From contig CAZMIT010000007.1 in NCBI GenBank assembly GCA_964566495.1, positions 1 through 33,579 of the forward strand: a stretch of DNA of 33,579 nt, in the 5' to 3' direction. Both the position numbers and the translations under genes were made by a program. The notes below the pieces were generated by a model, which was given only the letters and a program-made list of their open reading frames with translations, ran no database searches and was not told where the DNA came from. Numbering within the stretch: position 1 is the stretch's first letter; each line of letters starts with the position of its first letter. Origin of the DNA: an uncultured bacterium. Its GTDB lineage: Bacteria; T1Sed10-126. This document shows positions 10,221 to 18,186 of the stretch, piece after piece.

Positions 10221-10987
10221 CTGGAAATTGCCTCAATCACTCGGATTATTACGTAAAAACAGACAGTATTCATCAGCAGTGCATCAACCCGATCAAGAAT
10301 TCCACCATGGCCCGGCAAATAATTGGCCAGATCGTCCAGATCGCGACGGCGCTTTAAGCCCGAGACCATCAGGTCGCCCACCGGCCCGACAACGCCAACC
10401 AAAAGGCCAGCGGACAGGCCCCAGTAAAAATCGAGCGGCCAGAGCTTGTAGTAGGAGAACAGTGCGAAAACAACTACGGTTGCCAGAAGCCCACTAAAAA
10501 AGCCCCCCCAGGATTTGTTAGGACTGACCGGTCCTGAAAAATTTGTGCCCAGTCGGAGAGCCATACCGCAGTAATAAGCACAACTATCCTGGACAATTGT
10601 CGCCAGCAAAAGCCCCAATACGGTGAGAACACCATATTTAAAACGCAACCGGAACAAGAAAGCCACGGGGAGCGCAAGCCAGATAAGTCCGGCAGCCACA
10701 GCTATAGGATACCCGGCCATTTTTACATCAGTGCGCAGCAGCATAGGAACAGCAGCCAGCATTGGTAGAAGCGGCAGTAAAAAATAAAACTCGAGGGCCG
10801 CTATAAAAGCGCCCGGTAATATTAGCAGGGCTAAAATTGCCGGGGGACAGTCATTTAGTTTCGCCCAGTCAGCCAGCGCCAGGGCCAGAGCCACGATAAG
10901 AAATACAAACCAGGTCAGGGAATGATGCCAGAGCGACAAAAAGGCTATGAGACCAACAACAAGTCCACTAATCAGCCGTTTAATCAA
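10217..10987 (-). CDS. cdsA: Phosphatidate cytidylyltransferase
   Basis: Multi-pass membrane protein with SPNKSW and PGHGGILDRVD motifs; lies between uppS and dxr. Confidence 0.93.
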   Translation of the reverse strand: MIKRLISGLVVGLIAFLSLWHHSLTWFVFLIVALALALADWAKLNDCPPAILALLILPGAFIAALEFYFLLPLLPMLAAVPMLLRTDVKMAGYPIAVAAGLIWLALPVAFLFRLRFKYGVLTVLGLLLATIVQDSCAYYCGMALRLGTNFSGPVSPNKSWGGFFSGLLATVVVFALFSYYKLWPLDFYWGLSAGLLVGVVGPVGDLMVSGLKRRRDLDDLANYLPGHGGILDRVDALLMNTVCFYVIIRVIEAISR

Positions 10988-11766
10988 GATACATCGCCCC
11001 CCTCCTTGTCGGGGCGCGAACCAAACCTTCGATGCCGCCCGGTGAATTCCTCGATTGCTTGCAGATAATCCAACTTACCAAATTCAGGCCAGAACTTCTC
11101 AGAAAAATAAAGTTCGGTGTAAGCCAACTGCCAGAGGAGAAAGTTAGAAATTCTTTTCTCACCACTCGTCCTGATCAACAGATCCGGATCAGGAAGTCCG
11201 GCAGTATCAAGGTGTTCTTCAATTGTTTGAGCGTTGATATTTTCAGGGGAAATTTTACCTGCAGAAACTGCTTCCGCTATTTTTTTAGTCGCCCGAATTA
11301 TCTCGTCGCGACCGCCGTAATTAAGAGCCACGTTAAGCGTATATGTCCCGCCGTCTGCAGTCCGGCGTCGCGCCACGTCTAAGTTTTCCCGGACACTATC
11401 AGGAAATTCTTTCAGTTCACCTATAGTTTGAAATTTTATATCGTTTTCCACCAGCTTATCAATTTCACGGCTGATAAACTCCTTCAGTAGGCTGAATAGA
11501 GTTTTAATCTCGCGGCGTGGACGGCTCCAGTTTTCGGTGCTGAAAGCAAACAAGGTGAGTGTGTTTAAATTTTCAACATCAGCGCTGATTTCTACTATAT
11601 CTCTGACCCGCTCGACTCCCTTGCGGTGACCACGGGTAAAATTAAAGCCCCTTTTTTTGGCCCAGCGACCGTTTCCATCCATAATAATTGCCACGTGCCG
11701 GGGCAACTGATTTTTCTTATTCAGACGTTCAATTGTCTCCCCGAGGGAGCCGGACCCCGAACCCAT
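10984..11766 (-). CDS. uppS: Undecaprenyl diphosphate synthase (isoprenyl transferase)
   Basis: HVAIIMDGNGRWA, FAFSTENWSRP, ALNYGGR, DLLIRTSGEKRISNFLLWQ. Confidence 0.98.
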   Translation of the reverse strand: MGSGSGSLGETIERLNKKNQLPRHVAIIMDGNGRWAKKRGFNFTRGHRKGVERVRDIVEISADVENLNTLTLFAFSTENWSRPRREIKTLFSLLKEFISREIDKLVENDIKFQTIGELKEFPDSVRENLDVARRRTADGGTYTLNVALNYGGRDEIIRATKKIAEAVSAGKISPENINAQTIEEHLDTAGLPDPDLLIRTSGEKRISNFLLWQLAYTELYFSEKFWPEFGKLDYLQAIEEFTGRHRRFGSRPDKEGGDVS

Positions 11767-11768
11767 TC

Positions 11769-12326
11769 TTAAAAGGACATGATCTCTTCTGTCTTTTTCT
11801 CGAGCATGTCCTCCAGGTATCCTTCATATTTGTCAATTATTTCCTGGATTTTTTCCCGCGCTCTATGGGCGTCATCTTCCGATATCTCGCCCTCCGACTC
11901 CAGCAGGTCAATCTCATCACGAGCCTCGCGACGAATTTTTCGTAGCGTTATCTTGCCCTCCTCAACATATTCCTTAACCACATCACATAGCTCCTCCCGC
12001 CTCTCTCCGGTCAAATCAGGCATATTAATCCTGATTATATTACCGTCGTTATTGGGAGTCAATCCGAGGTTTGACTCCAGAATTCCTTTTTCTATGTCCT
12101 CGAGCGATCCCTTATCATAGGGCTGGATAACAACCTGCTTGGCGTCAGGAATTTGTATCTTGGCAAGTTGATTTAAAGGCGTCGGACTGCCATAGTAATC
12201 AACCGTAATACCTTCAAACATATCCGGGGTAGCTCTGCCTGTGCGCACAGTGTTAAAATCCTTTTTTACCGCGCGAACAGCTTTTTTCATCTTCTCCTTG
12301 GTTTCTCTGTATACCGAGTCAAGCAT
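11769..12326 (-). CDS. frr: Ribosome recycling factor
   Basis: RTGRA, VDYYG, LGLTPNNDG, LTGERREEL. Start moved to ATG 12326 (after GAGGGAGAGGA), giving 185 aa. Confidence 0.97.
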   Translation of the reverse strand: MLDSVYRETKEKMKKAVRAVKKDFNTVRTGRATPDMFEGITVDYYGSPTPLNQLAKIQIPDAKQVVIQPYDKGSLEDIEKGILESNLGLTPNNDGNIIRINMPDLTGERREELCDVVKEYVEEGKITLRKIRREARDEIDLLESEGEISEDDAHRAREKIQEIIDKYEGYLEDMLEKKTEEIMSF

Positions 12327-13065
12327 TTTTATCCTCTCCCTCAATAAGTGTGCCTACCTTTTCACCCTTGACGACCGCCGTTAAATTACCACTTTTTTTC
12401 AAGTTAAATACGATGACGGGCAGATCGTTGTCGCGACAGAGCGAAGTAGCTGTTAAATCCATCACACGTAGATTTTTGTTGACCGTCTCCATGTAAGAAA
12501 GACGGCGATAGAATTTAGCATCAGAATGCTGCTCGGGATCACGGTCGTAAACACCGTCAACTCGCGTCGCCTTCAGAAGGACCTCCGAGTCTGTCTCCAG
12601 GGCCCTGAGCACTCCGGCTGTATCGGTTGTAAAATATGGGTGCCCCGTGCCGGCGGTCACGATGTTAATCCCACCGGACTCCAGGTTATCAATCGCCCGG
12701 TTGCTGGAAAAAACTTCGGCAATTGACTCGATCTTAAGGGCACTGAACAGCTTAACCTGGCAGCCTCTTGCCTTCAGTGCTTCGGCGAGAGCTATGCCGT
12801 TTAAAACTGTAGCCATCATTCCCATCTGATCGCCACTCACCCGGTCAATGCCATGTGCCACCCCGGAGAGGCCACGAAATATGTTGCCACCACCGGGCAC
12901 AATAGTCAATTCAACGCCGGCTTGACTCAGCGCGGCGATCTGTTCACTTATACCAGCGAGCACATCATGGTCAATCCCATGTTCTTTTGCGCCCTGTAAT
13001 ATCTCACCGCTTAGCTTCAGCGTTAATCGCTCAAACCGGTGAGTAGTAGCGTCAGAATCAGCCAA
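12319..13065 (-). CDS. pyrH: Uridylate kinase
   Basis: LKLSGE, GGGNIFRG, DQMGMMAT, GTGHPYFTTD, VDGVYDRDP, VMDLTA; TTG start overlapping the tsf stop. Confidence 0.98.
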   Translation of the reverse strand: MADSDATTHRFERLTLKLSGEILQGAKEHGIDHDVLAGISEQIAALSQAGVELTIVPGGGNIFRGLSGVAHGIDRVSGDQMGMMATVLNGIALAEALKARGCQVKLFSALKIESIAEVFSSNRAIDNLESGGINIVTAGTGHPYFTTDTAGVLRALETDSEVLLKATRVDGVYDRDPEQHSDAKFYRRLSYMETVNKNLRVMDLTATSLCRDNDLPVIVFNLKKSGNLTAVVKGEKVGTLIEGEDKNA

Positions 13066-13711
13066 TCTCGTCAGCTACCTCTTCGGCAAAATCTTCCTCT
13101 TCGACCTCTATACCCTCGCCGACTTCATAGCGTTCGAACCGCCGAATTTCAATATTTTCATCAAACTCGGCTATCGTTTCGTCTAACAGATCAGAAATTG
13201 TTTTGTCCGCGTCATCGATGTAGGGCTGGTCGAGCAGAACCTGCTGCTGAAAGAATTGTTTCTCCAGCTTTCCTTCCATAATCTGTTCCTGAACATGCTC
13301 CGGCTTCCCTTCGAGCTCGTCACTCATCTGCTCAGCAATTATATCTTTCTCAGCCTCCAGTTTCTCCTCAGGCACATCCTCGCGAGCGACATAAGTAGGG
13401 CCCTGGGCGGCTATTTGCATTGCCAGCTCAGTAGCAAATTCCTGGAAATTATCGTTTTTAGCGACAAAATCCGTCTCCGAGTTTACTTCAACAATCACAC
13501 CAATATTCCCGTTGAAGTGGACGTAAGAGCCGATAGTGCCCTCAGCGGTAAGACCGCCTTTGGCCTGGGCTTCCTCTAGACCTCGCTTGCGCAGAAGGTC
13601 CATCGCCTCATCAATGTCCCCGTCAGTGTCTTTAAGCGCCTGCTTGCAGTCCATTATGCCGGCGCCGGTCTGGTCGCGCAGTTCCTTTACCTCAGTTGCT
13701 GATATACTCAA
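13058..13711 (-). CDS. tsf: Elongation factor Ts (short ~217-aa form)
   Basis: VKELRDQTGAGIMDCKQAL, EVNSETDFVA, RRFERYEVGEG; TTG start after AAGGAG. Confidence 0.97.
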   Translation of the reverse strand: MSISATEVKELRDQTGAGIMDCKQALKDTDGDIDEAMDLLRKRGLEEAQAKGGLTAEGTIGSYVHFNGNIGVIVEVNSETDFVAKNDNFQEFATELAMQIAAQGPTYVAREDVPEEKLEAEKDIIAEQMSDELEGKPEHVQEQIMEGKLEKQFFQQQVLLDQPYIDDADKTISDLLDETIAEFDENIEIRRFERYEVGEGIEVEEEDFAEEVADEIG

Positions 13712-13745
13712 TGTGCTTCACTCCTTCTTGGTAATTCTGGTTATT

Positions 13746-14714
13746 TTACTCTGAAGTTGTCGCCTCAGCGGCGGCAACTGTCTCTTTTTGTTCGTCAGTC
13801 TCTTCTGCCTCAGCCGATTCATCGACGGGCTCTTCTTCCTGAGATTCTTCGGCACGCTCCGTTTCCTCTTGCTCCGGCTCAACTCCCGCCTCCGGATCAG
13901 TTATTGCGTCAGCAGCGGTCTCGAGTTCAGGCTCATCACCCGGCTCAATAATTTCCGCTCCCTTAGCAATTTCTTCCTCGTCCAGTTCTTCGGCCTGGAG
14001 CGCCGCCTTTTCCTCGGCCAATCTTTTTTCACGTATCTCACGACCTTCTATGACAGCGTCAGCCATCAATTCACTGTATAAGCCGAGCGCCCGAATAGCG
14101 TCGTCGTTACCCGGTATACCATAGTCCGACAGGTCAGGATCACAGTTAGTGTCCAGGATTCCAATTACCGGTATATCCAACTTGCGCGCCTCACGCACAG
14201 CTATTTCCTCACGAGTCATGTCCAAAACATAAATCATGTCCGGCAGATCATCCATATCTCGAATTCCTTCGAGGTTACGGTTCAAGCGCTCTTTTTCGCG
14301 TTGTTTACGGCGCGCTTCCCGGTTAGATAATCGATCCATAATATTTTCTTCTTCCATCCGCTCTAACTCTTTTAACTTGTCCACACTCTTGCGAATAGTT
14401 TTAAAGTTAGTCAGCGTACCTCCCAGCCATCGACGATTAACATAGGGCATACCACAGCGGCGAGCGTGCTCCTCAACTGAATCAGCCGCCTGGCGCTTTG
14501 TGCCGACAAATAATATCGTTTCCCCGTCAGCAATACGCTGGGTGACCATCTCGGTTACTGTCTTAACCGACTCAATAGTCTGTTCAAGATCAATTATATG
14601 AACCCCTTTGCGTTGCGTGAAGATGTAAGGCTCCATCTTGGGGTTCCAGCGGCGGGGTTGGTGGCCAAAGTGAACACCAGTTTCAAGCAGTCGTTTCATG
14701 GGTACTTCAATCAT
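13746..14714 (-). CDS. rpsB: 30S ribosomal protein S2 with long acidic C-terminal tail
   Basis: GVHFGHQPRRWNPKM, ILFVGTKRQA, RWLGGTLTNF, DTNCDPD, PGNDDAIR. Start set at ATG 14714 after GGAGGT (322 aa); the longer ORF-track start runs into the leader RNA. Confidence 0.97.
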   Translation of the reverse strand: MIEVPMKRLLETGVHFGHQPRRWNPKMEPYIFTQRKGVHIIDLEQTIESVKTVTEMVTQRIADGETILFVGTKRQAADSVEEHARRCGMPYVNRRWLGGTLTNFKTIRKSVDKLKELERMEEENIMDRLSNREARRKQREKERLNRNLEGIRDMDDLPDMIYVLDMTREEIAVREARKLDIPVIGILDTNCDPDLSDYGIPGNDDAIRALGLYSELMADAVIEGREIREKRLAEEKAALQAEELDEEEIAKGAEIIEPGDEPELETAADAITDPEAGVEPEQEETERAEESQEEEPVDESAEAEETDEQKETVAAAEATTSE

Positions 14715-14730
14715 TGTAAATACCTCCAGG

Positions 14731-14813
14731 TGGTTATGCTTCCGCTTCCTTCTTGAAACGAACCCAGCACTCAATAGAGTCGCGGGCACCCCGTTTCAAA
14801 TCCAGAAACGTGC
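14731..14813 (-). ncRNA. rpsB 5' leader (t44 / S2 autoregulatory RNA)
   Basis: Minus strand reads GCACGTTTCTGGATTTGAAACG-GGGTGCCC...GGGTT-CGTTTCAAGAAGGAAGCGGAAGCATAACC: long stem (TTGAAACG/CGTTTCAA) with the GGGGUG and GGAxGCAUAACC segments typical of the rpsB leader, directly before the RBS. Confidence 0.75.
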
Positions 14814-14850
14814 AATTTTAAGTTAAGTTAAAAGTTAATTCGAGCTATGT

Positions 14851-14859
14851 ATTTTAACA
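14851..14859 (-). promoter_or_regulatory. Putative extended -10 promoter for the rpsB operon
   Basis: TGTTAAAAT (TGn-TAAAAT) on the minus strand between the tRNA terminator and the leader; no convincing -35 box. Confidence 0.45.
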
Positions 14860-14898
14860 GAAAGATCCAAAAGAAAAAATATACTTCTCAACGGGTAC

Positions 14899-14938
14899 AA
14901 AAAAAAGCCCCAAAGGATATGAACTAACCTTTGGGGCT
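14899..14938 (-). terminator. Rho-independent terminator downstream of tRNA-Gly
   Basis: Minus strand AGCCCCAAAGG-loop-CCTTTGGGGC followed by T8. Confidence 0.85.
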
Positions 14939-15078
14939 CATGAGATAAAGATATAATAAATAAATGAGACACATAAGTGACCAACCGCACTAAAACCTGC
15001 GGCTTCAATATCTATTATCGAACTTTTGACAGATGACATTAGAAAATTTTTCAGGCTGGCTATCTCAAAATGGTAAAG

Positions 15079-15149
15079 AGCGGGCGACGGGAATCGAACC
15101 CGCACCGCCAGCTTGGGAAGCTGGAGTTCTACCATTGAACTACGCCCGC
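15079..15149 (-). tRNA. tRNA-Gly (anticodon CCC), CCA not encoded
   Basis: Minus strand GCGGGCGTAGTTCAATGGTAGAACTCCAGCTTCCCAAGCTGGCGGTGCGGGTTCGATTCCCGTCGCCCGCT: acceptor stem GCGGGCG/CGCCCGC, anticodon arm CCAGC-TTCCCAA-GCTGG, T loop GTTCGATTC, U discriminator. Confidence 0.97.
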
Positions 15150-15151
15150 AA

Positions 15152-15254
15152 AAGTTCAGCTTAAAGATGAAAGTTGAAAGCTGAAAGCAAAAACCGTAAG
15201 TTCAACATCAAAAGCAGAAGTTCGGCTTAAAGATGAAAGTTGAAAGCTGAAAGC
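15152..15254. repeat. 37-bp direct repeat built from AAAG heptamers
   Basis: AAGTTC(A/G)GCTTAAAGATGAAAGTTGAAAGCTGAAAGC at 15152-15188 and 15218-15254 (1 mismatch). Confidence 0.9.
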
Positions 15255-15610
15255 TAATTCAAATTCATTAAGTGCTTATAATCTTGTTCTTTAACTTGAG
15301 TTTGGTTTTGGTCTTGACCTTGATTACCCGCTCGTCATTCCGGCCTCCGAGCCGGAATCCAGTGACTTTGTCTTTGATTTTCGGTCTTTCGCCTCTTCGC
15401 CCCATCGCCCGCTCGCCTCTTCGAGCATCCCGGCCTCCGAGCCGGAATCCATCTTGAATTTTAAACGGTTATCGTTCAAGACTCAAAAGCTGGTTGCGGG
15501 TTTCGAGTTACGGGTTAAAACCTATAACTGAAAACTATAAACTGGAAACTGAGAACTTAAAATGGATTGCGGGTCAAGCCCGCAATGACGCTCATTGGAT
15601 CAACCACAAT
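15223..15610. repeat. Composite REP element, inverted homolog of 23612-23954
   Basis: Near-identical reverse complement of 23612-23954 apart from indels; REP hairpins at 15334-15362, 15425-15452 and 15563-15589. Confidence 0.92.
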
Positions 15611-15737
15611 ATATTTTTAGCTATTTCTTTCGGATTTGCAAGGTAGTATTTAGCTTCACATAAATTTAGTCATGATTTAAAATTGGTGAGAACTACTCTG
15701 GCAAGTTCTAAGTAATCCTAATAGCGGGAGTTTAACA

Positions 15738-16838
15738 ATGAATTTGTTTGCCAAAACCGGTTTCGGTTTTATTTTAGTCCTGCTTTTATCATTTTTATCT
15801 GCGGCTGGTTTCGCCGCCGAACAGCATACGGCAGTGCTAGAGGTCACAGAGATAATTAAGCAACCGGAAACTCCCACCGACACGGGCACCGTTCAAGCTA
15901 TCCTTGAGTTTAAAAGTGGTCCGGACCGGGGCGACACTCACCTCTACCAGGCCCACCAGTGGGGGGAACAAAACTACGACAAAAACATCTATGACGGCAC
16001 CCAGTTTCTTAGTCAGGTCGAATACAGAAATGGCGAGCGGAGCCGGGTTAGAGTTGGCGAACAACGACGTGAGGGCGGACTTTTAATTCTCTTCCTGGTT
16101 CTTTCTATTATTCTCTTCGTAATCGGACGCTGGCAGGGACTTATTGGCCTGCTTTCGGCAGTTTTAACAGCAGCTTTGCTCTTTTATCTACTTTTTCCTA
16201 TAATCAGTTCTCCTGCCCTGATACTACCACTGGCCGTCTTAATCTGTCTGCTTACCGCCGGCTTCACTTTTGCTTTTGTAACCGACTTTCAGCGACCCGC
16301 CGTCCCGGCAATTATCTCCATTGTCCTGACCTTGATTATCATTTTTCCAATAACTATCTGGGGGCTCGGGTTCCTCCATCTTGACTCTACCCTTGCCCGA
16401 CACAGCCGCCTGATTTTAACCTGGGTGCACAGAACACCAGGGATGCAGACTGCTGACCTCTGGCGTTTGATTGTCACCGGGATAGTTCTCAGCTCCCTGG
16501 GAGCGATCATGGACGTTATAATTGTAATTAGCTCCACTATTGATGAAATAGTTCGGGACAGCGTTTCAATTACTTTTACCGACGCCTTTTCCAGCGGTCA
16601 GAGGGTTGGCCGACAGATTCTTTCCACTATGGTCAACACGCTTGTCTTTGCCTACCTTGGCGCCCTACTGCCCCTAATGCTGGCAATAGAGGTATTTAAT
16701 CTCTCCTGGCTTAGGTTTTTGAACTATCATTTTATCGGAATTGAAATTTTACGCCTCACGGTTGGTCTGTTCGGTCTTGCCCTGGTCATCCCCATAACCT
16801 CGGCCGTTTCGGCCTGGTGGTGTGGTCGTTTTGAATAA
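15738..16838 (+). CDS. YibE/F family membrane protein
   Basis: Signal-like N terminus, small soluble domain, many TM helices, motifs LGAIMDV..ISSTIDEI and GRQILSTMVNTLVFAYLG. Confidence 0.85.
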   Translation: MNLFAKTGFGFILVLLLSFLSAAGFAAEQHTAVLEVTEIIKQPETPTDTGTVQAILEFKSGPDRGDTHLYQAHQWGEQNYDKNIYDGTQFLSQVEYRNGERSRVRVGEQRREGGLLILFLVLSIILFVIGRWQGLIGLLSAVLTAALLFYLLFPIISSPALILPLAVLICLLTAGFTFAFVTDFQRPAVPAIISIVLTLIIIFPITIWGLGFLHLDSTLARHSRLILTWVHRTPGMQTADLWRLIVTGIVLSSLGAIMDVIIVISSTIDEIVRDSVSITFTDAFSSGQRVGRQILSTMVNTLVFAYLGALLPLMLAIEVFNLSWLRFLNYHFIGIEILRLTVGLFGLALVIPITSAVSAWWCGRFE

Positions 16839-18000
16839 AAAGATCATTGCCGGTGCGCTGCTCTTTATCGTTTTCTACAGTGTCCAGTTGCCGGTCGAAG
16901 CAAGCAGTCCACCGCGCGGCAACTACGTCCCCGCTGACCTTGACGTGCGAGGGCATCCTTTTGTCGCCGAACTTGAGACAGAACGACGGTATTATGAAGG
17001 TCGACTGTTAAAAGAGGAGGACGAACACTGGCAGATCGAAGTCCTGACTCCCGATGAAACTATCACAACCTTCATCCCCTCCGAACGTCTTGAGCTGCCG
17101 GAAAAACTGCTGCAGGCGGGAACGCCGCTTGTTTTGCAGCGCTCCCCTGACGATCCCCAACGGTTCATCTTTATTGAATTGAATCGCAACTACCGCTACC
17201 TGCTGCTTTTGCTCTTCGGATTGCTGACCGCGATTATTGTTGGCGGCTGGCGCACTACCCGTTCTCTGCTGGGTCTGGCTGTCGGTCTTACCTACTTCTT
17301 TGCCTTTTTAATCCCCCGAATCCAGGCAGGCAGTCCAATCATACTGGAAATGACACTATTCTATTTTATTGTTGCTCTCCTCGTTTTACCGGCCGCACTT
17401 GGTTTCAACAAGAAGGCAATCTCTGCCGTCCTGACTACTGTTTGCACCGGCATCATAGCACTACTCGTCTTTTATGCTGCCGTCCACTGGCTCTCAATTT
17501 CGGGACTCAGTGAAGAAGTCACTCACGTCCTGGACTATGCCCGCCGCTATTTCCCTCATCGTCTCGCCGATATTAATCTTTTCACTCTCGTCGTTGGGGG
17601 CGGACTGATTGGGATCCTTGGGGTTGTTTTGGACGTTAGCGTCGACGTCACTTCTTCGGCTGCTGAAATTGCCAGCCGCCGGCCTGAACTCCCCTTCCCT
17701 GAGCTGGTGGCAAGAGTCACCACCGTCAGCCGACGGCTGCTGGGCACGATGTGTAACACCCTGCTGCTTGCTTACCTGGGCACTGACCTGCTATTACTTT
17801 TCAGCCTTTACCTGCTCCCCGAAACTTTTCGCTATCAGCTTAACCGGGAACTCATAGCCGTCTCCATCGTTCGCGGGCTCGGCGGGGCGCTCGGTTTTCT
17901 CTTCGCCGTTCCCCTGGCGATCAGCTTCTACTCCCTTCTTTTCCGCCCCTCCGCCGAGAAACCACCACCCCCGAATGATCCGCAAGCTCCGACAGTTTGA
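16822..18000 (+). CDS. YibE/F family membrane protein (second paralog)
   Basis: LGVVLDVSVDVTSS..EI and LLGTMCNTLLLAYLG; overlaps the upstream paralog; true start may be TTG 16831. Confidence 0.85.
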   Translation: MVVLNKKIIAGALLFIVFYSVQLPVEASSPPRGNYVPADLDVRGHPFVAELETERRYYEGRLLKEEDEHWQIEVLTPDETITTFIPSERLELPEKLLQAGTPLVLQRSPDDPQRFIFIELNRNYRYLLLLLFGLLTAIIVGGWRTTRSLLGLAVGLTYFFAFLIPRIQAGSPIILEMTLFYFIVALLVLPAALGFNKKAISAVLTTVCTGIIALLVFYAAVHWLSISGLSEEVTHVLDYARRYFPHRLADINLFTLVVGGGLIGILGVVLDVSVDVTSSAAEIASRRPELPFPELVARVTTVSRRLLGTMCNTLLLAYLGTDLLLLFSLYLLPETFRYQLNRELIAVSIVRGLGGALGFLFAVPLAISFYSLLFRPSAEKPPPPNDPQAPTV

Positions 18001-18186
18001 GAAAAATATGACTTGTAAAAATCATAACACGGAATGAAGTTTTGGACTCTTGCGAAACTCATTTTTGATTCGTCTCTTGCGGTAAAGTTTCGCTTCCGCT
18101 TTGCAAAGAAGTTTATTGCAAATTTTTTCTTTCTCAACTACACTTTTTTGCTAAAAGAAACAACTAATCTTTAACAGGAGATTCTG

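Noticed and set aside
14938..15135. 65-aa ORF upstream of rpsB
   Set aside because: It reads through the tRNA-Gly gene; spurious.
14940..15149. Prophage or island integrated at tRNA-Gly
   Set aside because: No integrase and no duplicated tRNA 3' end in the window; the tRNA is followed by its terminator and the rpsB operon.
15272..15457. 61-aa hydrophobic ORF with a near-identical copy at 23714-23905 (type I toxin-like)
   Set aside because: Lies wholly within the repeat element, has a GTG start with no RBS, and its hydrophobicity comes from T-rich hexamers; the in-frame 6-nt indel is explained by the hexamer unit. Ribosome profiling would be needed to revive it.
15698..15715. Sigma-54 promoter (TGGCA) before the YibE/F genes; similar TGGCAC at 30016
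   Set aside because: The -12 position reads GT rather than GC in both cases.
18040..18130. TTGC-rich inverted repeats upstream of paaK (GCGAAACT/AGTTTCGC, TTTGCAAA)
   Set aside because: Could be an operator, but too short and AT-rich to distinguish from chance without comparative data.
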